Assembly (NCBI GenBank): GCA_034435115.1
Contig: DAOTXZ010000100.1
Span: forward strand, 1 to 41,651
From: Dehalococcoidia bacterium
GTDB taxonomy: Bacteria > Chloroflexota > Dehalococcoidia > E44-bin15 > DAOWNJ01
Direction of reading: 5' to 3'
DNA length: 41,651 bases
The position numbers were made by a program, and so were the translations under genes. The notes beneath the pieces were generated by a model. The model worked only from the letters and a program-made list of their open reading frames with translations, ran no database searches and was not told the origin of the DNA. This document shows positions 36,889 to 41,651 of the stretch, piece by piece (positions within the stretch are counted from its first letter, which is position 1; each line of letters starts with the position of its first letter).

Positions 36889-38714
36889 TTTGCTACCTCC
36901 TCCAGGAAGAAGTGGTTGCCGGAAGCGACTTGAGCAAATTCCTTCAGGTGACCAAGATCATGTGACCTCTTGCCGGTGTTGATTATTACCAGGCGAATTC
37001 CCTTAACTTTGATTTCCTCTCCAAGCCAGAGCAGGTCTTCCTTGAGTGAGCCCTTAATAGGCAGGTTACCACGGCCATCGGAGATAAGCACAATTTGGGC
37101 ACTTAAGTTCTTGTCCCGCTGTTTTTCAATGAGCTTTAGACATTCAATTATGCCCTGGGATAGCGGCGTTTTGCCACCTGTTGGTAGCTCCCTCAATCTC
37201 TCTTGGGCTGTCTCCATACTGGAAGTGGGTGGTACAACCAATTCTGCATCGCTTCCTCTGAAGGCCACCAGGGCTACCCTGTCCCTCCTCTGGTAGGCTG
37301 TCTCAAGGAGCCGGTACACGGCACCTTTGGCCAGTTCTATTCTAGCCTGCGCTCCCATTGACGAGGAGGAATCAAGACAGAAGACATAGAGGACACTGCT
37401 CTTACCCAGCCTAATCTTCTCCATGAGGTGCTCTGGATTGACCTCTAACCTGCCTCCCGGGGCATCTATGGCTGCCTTCCGCAGGGTGGCATCTATGGCG
37501 ATATCATTCGAATCTTCTCTGGAGCGGGCAGAAACATACTTTCCTCTCGGCGAGTCAGTCGAAGGATGATTTCTTCCCGGAGTCACTTTGTTTTTTCTTT
37601 CCACGCTCCGGGCAAGTTCAGCCAGCTTGAGCGAGGTATCTACCTTGAAGGTCTTCTCTTTCGGAGACTTGTGTTGTGCGTCCTCTACCATTTGCCCCAG
37701 GGCTTCAAGAATCTCCTGTTTTGAGGCTATTTTCTCGAATGGCTTTTTCCTCAGGCGGTGTGGTAGCGCGAGCTCTATAGCCTTAAAGATGTCCTGGTCA
37801 TCGACTTCGTCTCTTCCATCCAGGGCAGCCAGTGCTCTGGCGGCTTTCGTCACCACAATGTCCGCCCTGAGCGTCTCCACATGAAGACTAGCACAAACCT
37901 CAGTCACTAAATCCAGCCTCTCTTCTGGAATTGAGATATTCGCTAGCCTCTCCCTTGCCCTCACAATACGCTGACGCAGTTCCACTTGTGCCGCTTTGTA
38001 CTTCGCTGCGAATGCCCACGGGTCTCGGTCGAAATCCTCGCGCCGTCTGACTACTTCTGCCCTCTCTTCCTTGGTTGCCAAGCTCTTTACTTCGACACAA
38101 AGGCCAAAACGGTCTAGCAGCTGAGGCCTCAGCTCACCTTCTTCTGGATTCATCGTGCCAACAAGAATGAACCTAGCTGGATGGTGCAATGAGATACCCT
38201 CTCGCTCAACCACGTTAACACCCATGGCGGCAGCATCAAGGAGTACATTTGCCACGTGGTCATCAAGCAAATTTACCTCGTCGATGTAGAGGATGTTCCG
38301 GTTTGCTTCGGCAAGCACCCCGGGCTGGAGGGCTCTTATCCCCTCCTTTAATGCTCTCTGTAAATCTAAGCTGCCCACTACCCTGTCCTCGGTTGCGGAA
38401 ACGGGTAGCTCTACCACCGTCATCTTCTTGCGGAGGTGGGGCAATGATTGACCCTGCTCTACTGCTTCTTGACAGGTCCGGCACATTTCACGGAGATTAT
38501 CAGGATCGCAGTTGAAGGGGCATCCAGCGACAATCTCTATCTCCGGTAGAAGGTCTGAAAGCCCACGCACCGCAGTTGATTTGGCAGTACCCTTCTCACC
38601 TCTGATTAGTACCCCACCAATGCGCGGGTCAATAGCATTTAGAATGAGCGCAAGCTTCATGTCGTCCTGCCCAACGATAGCGGTAAAAGGATATATCACG
38701 TGTTTATGATGCAT
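36882..38714 (-). CDS. chelatase ATPase subunit, ChlI/BchI (AAA+) fused to a ChlD-like vWA domain
   Basis: [43 protein letters not shown]-terminal v[16 protein letters not shown] 38714 follows a GGGGGA RBS. Confidence 0.85.
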   Translation of the reverse strand: MHHKHVIYPFTAIVGQDDMKLALILNAIDPRIGGVLIRGEKGTAKSTAVRGLSDLLPEIEIVAGCPFNCDPDNLREMCRTCQEAVEQGQSLPHLRKKMTVVELPVSATEDRVVGSLDLQRALKEGIRALQPGVLAEANRNILYIDEVNLLDDHVANVLLDAAAMGVNVVEREGISLHHPARFILVGTMNPEEGELRPQLLDRFGLCVEVKSLATKEERAEVVRRREDFDRDPWAFAAKYKAAQVELRQRIVRARERLANISIPEERLDLVTEVCASLHVETLRADIVVTKAARALAALDGRDEVDDQDIFKAIELALPHRLRKKPFEKIASKQEILEALGQMVEDAQHKSPKEKTFKVDTSLKLAELARSVERKNKVTPGRNHPSTDSPRGKYVSARSREDSNDIAIDATLRKAAIDAPGGRLEVNPEHLMEKIRLGKSSVLYVFCLDSSSSMGAQARIELAKGAVYRLLETAYQRRDRVALVAFRGSDAELVVPPTSSMETAQERLRELPTGGKTPLSQGIIECLKLIEKQRDKNLSAQIVLISDGRGNLPIKGSLKEDLLWLGEEIKVKGIRLVIINTGKRSHDLGHLKEFAQVASGNHFFLEEVAKW

Positions 38715-38731
38715 ATTGTCCCCCAAGCGGC

Positions 38732-38807
38732 GTTGCAATTAAAATTAGTTGCAAGTAATTGCACTGTGCCGACGTAATTTTATCATGGCGAGGCTTTAAG
38801 TGCAATT
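38732..38807. promoter_or_regulatory. cluster of TTGCAA / TGCAATT palindromic motifs (candidate operator array)
   Basis: GTTGCAA at 38732 and 38748 (16-nt period), AATTGCA at 38757, TGCAATT at 38801. They overlap the -35 box and the leader of the chelatase operon in an AT-rich patch. Confidence 0.35.
38777..38805 (-). promoter_or_regulatory. sigma70-type promoter of the chelatase operon
   Basis: On the minus strand: TTGCAC, 17 nt, TAAAAT. About 60 nt upstream of the ATG at 38714. Confidence 0.5.
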
Positions 38808-39150
38808 ACTATTCAGCTTGCCCGAGGGAATCAGTAACGGACTATGTGGGCAAAGTGTGATGCTCGCGGGCGACTTACAAGCGAAGGCACAAACCGCTAT
38901 AAAGTGCAGCGGGGTAACGAACAGCCTTCCGCTCTCCGAAGCTAACAAAAAAGGTGAGATTGTTCCCCGTTTGCGCATTGCCCCAAGGATGGAAAAGCGC
39001 GGGGGTGTGGGGACATAGTCATTTTGAGCTCAGCGATTCCCATCCCGGGAACGTCAAACCTCGCTGTCCCATACCCGACCCGGCTTCGTGTAATCCCAAA
39101 GCGACCTCCCCTAAGCTACACGGACTCAATTTGTTAAGCCGCCCCACAGC

Positions 39151-39458
39151 TCAGAGCAAGGAAGCCACCTTGCACTTTGTAGCGCGTGTGTAATGAACTT
39201 GTCCCTTGTTTCGCTGGTAATGCGCCATAAGGACATTCCTAATCGAGCCTCCCTGACTTGTGGATAGGGAAGGGAACAGCTTCTCCTTATCTAAACCGGA
39301 GAAAATGCGGTGAGATGTAGTTAAGAGGCTTTTTTGCCACATTGAACTTCTCATGAAGCTGGTAGAGAACCTCAGCAAGGCCGAGAATAGCTGCATCTCT
39401 GTGCTGTCCGGCTAGAAGGCTACGAAATGAACAAAGAAAGGCAAAAGCTGACCCTGGG
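39151..39458 (-). pseudogene. tyrosine recombinase C-terminal remnant (frameshifted)
   Basis: Frame 1: ..RDAAILGLAEVLYQLHEKFNVAKKPLNYISPHFLRFR*. Frame 2: ..GGSIRNVLMAHYQRNKGQVHYTRA. These resemble the HxLRH and LLGH..Y boxes. The match is weak and by eye only. Confidence 0.35.
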
Positions 39459-39516
39459 AATGCTAAGGATTACTGGAGAGCCACTTGCGACAGGACGGAG
39501 TCGTCGTTGTTTTTTT

Positions 39517-39525
39517 TGGTAAAAT
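39517..39525 (+). promoter_or_regulatory. extended -10 element (TGGTAAAAT) upstream of the small membrane-protein gene
   Basis: TGnTAAAAT immediately after a T8 run, about 60 nt upstream of the ATG at 39584. Confidence 0.3.
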
Positions 39526-39583
39526 AGCGAAGGTGGCTAAAGGAGAAAACCATTAGATATCTCGCCAGCGGAGGGAGTAAGCA

Positions 39584-39751
39584 ATGAAGGGAATATCAAT
39601 TGCCTTGATACTCATCGGTTTGATACTTCTCATAGCCGGTATAGCCGTTGACACCGCCCCGCTTTCAATCGCTGGCGGGATAATGATGTTTGTCGACATA
39701 ATCCTGCTCATCCCAGCGATGCTGAGAAAGGAGGAAGTTATTGATAACTGA
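39584..39751 (+). CDS. small two-helix membrane protein (55 aa)
   Basis: GGAGGGA RBS. MKGISIALILIGLILLIAGIAVDTAPLSIAGGIMMFVDIILLIPAML. Below the track cutoff and found by hand translation. Confidence 0.5.
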   Translation: MKGISIALILIGLILLIAGIAVDTAPLSIAGGIMMFVDIILLIPAMLRKEEVIDN

Positions 39752-39800
39752 TCAATTCTAGTGGAGAACGCTCAGGCTAAGGCAGAGAACATCTTCACTG

Positions 39801-40217
39801 ATGCGGAAACTTTTATCAAGGAGTCCAAAGCCCCCCGGTTTGAAAATGGAAAGACAGAAGCTAGCTCCGGGCATAATAAAGGGGATTCTGGGGGTAAAAA
39901 GGGACTTCTTTGTGGTTACCCCTCTGGACAATCCTCGCCTTGAACCTTTCAAGCTTTTCTTAAATGCCAGAGATTATGGCAATAATTTAGATGTTTCTTG
40001 GTATGTAACCTATAAACCCGGAGCACTGAGACTCCGGAGGCTAACTGCCGCTTCAATCGTAGGTGGTTTGGATTTGTTTGACCAGCAAGACCTGAGAGCC
40101 TATGTCACCAATGCCCATCACTGCCTGTTAAAGGCAGTGGAAAAGCTGATGGTCGGTCTCAATCAAGATCCCTCCGAGATAGAACGGAAGTCAAGAGGCT
40201 TCTTGGGGATTTCATAA
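39801..40217 (+). CDS. hypothetical protein (start uncertain)
   Basis: 138-aa ORF. The conserved-looking core is FFVVTPLDNPRLEPFKLF..LDVSWYV..DLFDQQDLRAYVTNAHHCLLKAVEKLM. A GTG-initiated ORF in another frame (39761) overlaps its 5' end across a C6 run, so a frameshift is possible. Confidence 0.45.
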   Translation: MRKLLSRSPKPPGLKMERQKLAPGIIKGILGVKRDFFVVTPLDNPRLEPFKLFLNARDYGNNLDVSWYVTYKPGALRLRRLTAASIVGGLDLFDQQDLRAYVTNAHHCLLKAVEKLMVGLNQDPSEIERKSRGFLGIS

Positions 40218-40230
40218 GCAGAGAAGAGAG

Positions 40231-40803
40231 ATGAACTGGAAGGAACGATTCAAGGGTCTCAAAGACCTCGCCAGATTAGAAAAAGAAACCGCAGCCAGCG
40301 AAAGTAAGAGGCAGGAGGAGCCGTGGAAGGAGGTCGAGGCTCTGAATCGCAAGGTTCTATCTCAGGTTGAAAAGGTAAGTAAGAAGTTTGCCTCCACCAT
40401 TGGCTGGGAAGTTTCAAGAGACAATCTGAATCTTCCCGACCAATCGTTCCCTATTTTCAATTTTGCTGAGGATACTCTGGCAGCGAAACTACAAGAATTT
40501 TACGAACGAACAAGCCTGTTAAAAACCCAGAGGCCCACTTCAGAGCAAAGGGTTGATTATCAGGAAATCCCCGGCACCCTCAACATCGGCTGGTACTATA
40601 GTGAGAATAAAAATGAATTCCAGATGGCGAAGGTCGCCAAGGAAGACAGGGCTACCCACGTCTATGTCATCGGCGCCACCGGCACAGGGGAGACGAATTT
40701 TCTTGAATTGTTAATCCAACAAGATATTGAGTTGTCGCAACGGCCGGGGTCCCCGAAAAGAAATCGCCAATACTTTGCCATGTTGAAACCTCCTCCTCGC
40801 TGA
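40231..40803 (+). pseudogene. truncated conjugation/HerA-type P-loop ATPase
   Basis: THVYVIGATGTGETNFLELLIQQDIE has Walker A with Glu (GAG 40690-40692) where Lys is expected. Family similarity ends near 40731 and the frame runs into unrelated sequence. Confidence 0.5.
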
Positions 40804-41021
40804 TTATATCATCGACCTCGATGCAACCTCACCTTCTCGATGTAACGCATGGCGGCGGTTTCTCCAAGCATCTTGAAGTTTGTCCCCCGGCTAGTGTCGC
40901 CCAACCCAAATTCAACGCGTTTCAGATACACCGGTAATCGTGATTAGTACTCAAACTCATGCGCCTCTCTTTACTTCGTTGCTTCGCCTCCTAAACCTAG
41001 GCAGGTAGTCGCCCAGCTTTA

Positions 41022-41067
41022 TGGAGCGGGAGACGGGACTCGGACCCGCGACCACCTGCTTGGAAGG
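41022..41067 (-). pseudogene. 3' fragment of tRNA-Gly(UCC), from the anticodon loop to the encoded CCA
   Basis: Minus strand CCTTCCAAGCAGGTGGTCGCGGGTCCGAGTCCCGTCTCCCGCTCCA matches the 3' half of bacterial tRNA-Gly. The T loop is TCCGAGT rather than TTCGAGT. No matching 5' acceptor (GCGGGAG), D arm or 5' anticodon-stem strand lies upstream. Confidence 0.6.
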
Positions 41068-41248
41068 AGGGGCTGTCGCTAAACCCCGTTTTCCCCTCTT
41101 CTTGAACCTAAAAAGCGGGAGAAAACCACCTCTTTTCCGCAACAGTCAGATGACCGCTTTTTTGGAACCTCCCGCCACTTGCTTGCCCGATTTTACCATA
41201 CTTGCCTGCCAGGCAACAATCGCTTGTCTCGGCAATAAGCTGCAGCTA

Positions 41249-41650
41249 TCAGCTTCCTTGCAGGAACTCTTGCCACCCCAGACATGAAATGCCATGATTT
41301 GTCGCTTTACTTCTTCCTCGTTTGTCATCAATAACTAGGGGAACTTGTCTGCTAAGAGCCAAAGCTATGGCAGAAGCTTCCTCGTCGTGGATGCCTGGCT
41401 GTCCTCGAATTCTGAGGTATAGGTCTTCTTCCGAACCTGTGAATTGAACAACAATAGACGGGTAAGCTGAGACAAACCTACCTAGAGGCGATCCGGCCAC
41501 CGCGACTTCCTCAGCGACTTTGCTTGACAAAATAACCTCCCGACGGCGTCTTCGAAGGTTAGTCATCCTTCTAGCTCTCTCTATGAAAACCAGCGAAGAC
41601 GAGTCGAAGACATATTGAAATAGCGATCTCTGAAACTGTTCGATGCTCAA
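41249..41650 (-). CDS. PIN-like (DUF3368-type) protein; start at or beyond the window edge, C-terminus probably truncated
   Basis: VFDSSSLVFIERA, EEASAIALALSRQVPLVIDDKRGR. The ORF is open to the last window codon. Confidence 0.55.
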   Translation of the reverse strand: MSIEQFQRSLFQYVFDSSSLVFIERARRMTNLRRRRREVILSSKVAEEVAVAGSPLGRFVSAYPSIVVQFTGSEEDLYLRIRGQPGIHDEEASAIALALSRQVPLVIDDKRGRSKATNHGISCLGWQEFLQGS

Positions 41651-41651
41651 C

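Noticed and set aside
38810-39150. RNase P RNA, tmRNA, SRP RNA, cobalamin riboswitch, c-di-GMP-I riboswitch or NiCo riboswitch in the ORF-free region.
   Set aside because: The key invariant elements are missing. There is no GGAAAGTCC or a P4 partner (AAGUCCGG) for the CCCGGCTT segment. There is no tRNA-like T arm or matching acceptor strands for tmRNA. There is no GGAAGGAAGCAGC. There is no GGTGxxAAxCC core or B12 box. Only short partial resemblances remain, so the region is reported as an unassigned candidate.
39761-39943. A GTG-initiated 60-aa ORF overlapping the 5' end of the 39801..40217 gene, which could be read as a frameshifted N-terminus across the C6 run near 39833.
   Set aside because: Neither frame has a convincing RBS, and the upstream piece has no recognisable similarity. 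It is kept only as a note on the uncertain start and is not called as a separate gene or a proven frameshift.
1-41651. CRISPR arrays, rRNA genes, tandem repeats, intact IS elements with inverted repeats, and reverse-transcriptase-based elements (retron, DGR, group II intron).
   Set aside because: No regularly spaced direct repeats, no rRNA-like segments, no RT motif (YxDD) in any ORF, and no group II domain V-like hairpin were seen on reading both strands.

Overview
41.6-kb bacterial window. The gene content points to an anaerobe, and Shine-Dalgarno sites of the GGAGG type are common. No taxon can be proven from this sequence alone.

Layout:
(1) 1-18.3 kb is ordinary housekeeping and metabolic DNA. 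It holds a radical SAM gene tail, yggS-proC-yggT, a PHP phosphoesterase, two tandem DegV genes next to a divergent PlsY-like membrane protein, a P-loop kinase, a tungsten-type aldehyde:ferredoxin oxidoreductase, leucyl aminopeptidase, an MBL hydrolase, a LuxR-type response regulator, a receiver-GAF-HD-GYP protein, an enoyl-CoA hydratase, a Lon-like protease and two GNAT genes, one of them AcuA-like.
(2) 18.4-20.3 kb holds tRNA-Met(CAT) with a near-consensus promoter. Directly downstream is the wreck of an integrative element: a frameshifted integrase N-terminal fragment and an rve-transposase C-terminal fragment.
(3) 20.3-31.3 kb holds a membrane GAF-PAS histidine kinase with its NarL-type regulator. 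Divergent from these are a small Cys-rich 'two-CW'-like protein and a five-gene NAD(P)-linked [NiFe] hydrogenase operon (NuoE-like, NuoF-GltD fusion, NuoG-like, HoxY, HoxH).
(4) 31.5-33.8 kb is a minus-strand block of short phage-like ORFs with strong RBSs. Several are frameshifted. The block ends in a beta-clamp C-terminal fragment joined by TAATG to a 3'-truncated CobN-like gene.
(5) 33.8-38.7 kb is a class I chelatase operon (ChlI-ChlD fusion plus CobN-like) behind an AT-rich TTGCAA-repeat promoter region.
(6) 38.8-41.65 kb is a patchwork: an ORF-free helix-rich stretch, an integrase C-terminal remnant, a small membrane protein, a truncated conjugation/HerA-type ATPase with a Walker A K-to-E change, a 3' fragment of tRNA-Gly(UCC), and a PIN (DUF3368-like) gene at the window edge.

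No CRISPR array, rRNA gene or intact transposon was seen. The best candidate for new biology is the hydrogenase module with the fused two-nucleotide-site diaphorase and its adjacent Cys-rich protein plus two-component system. All homology statements are motif recognition by eye. No database search was run.
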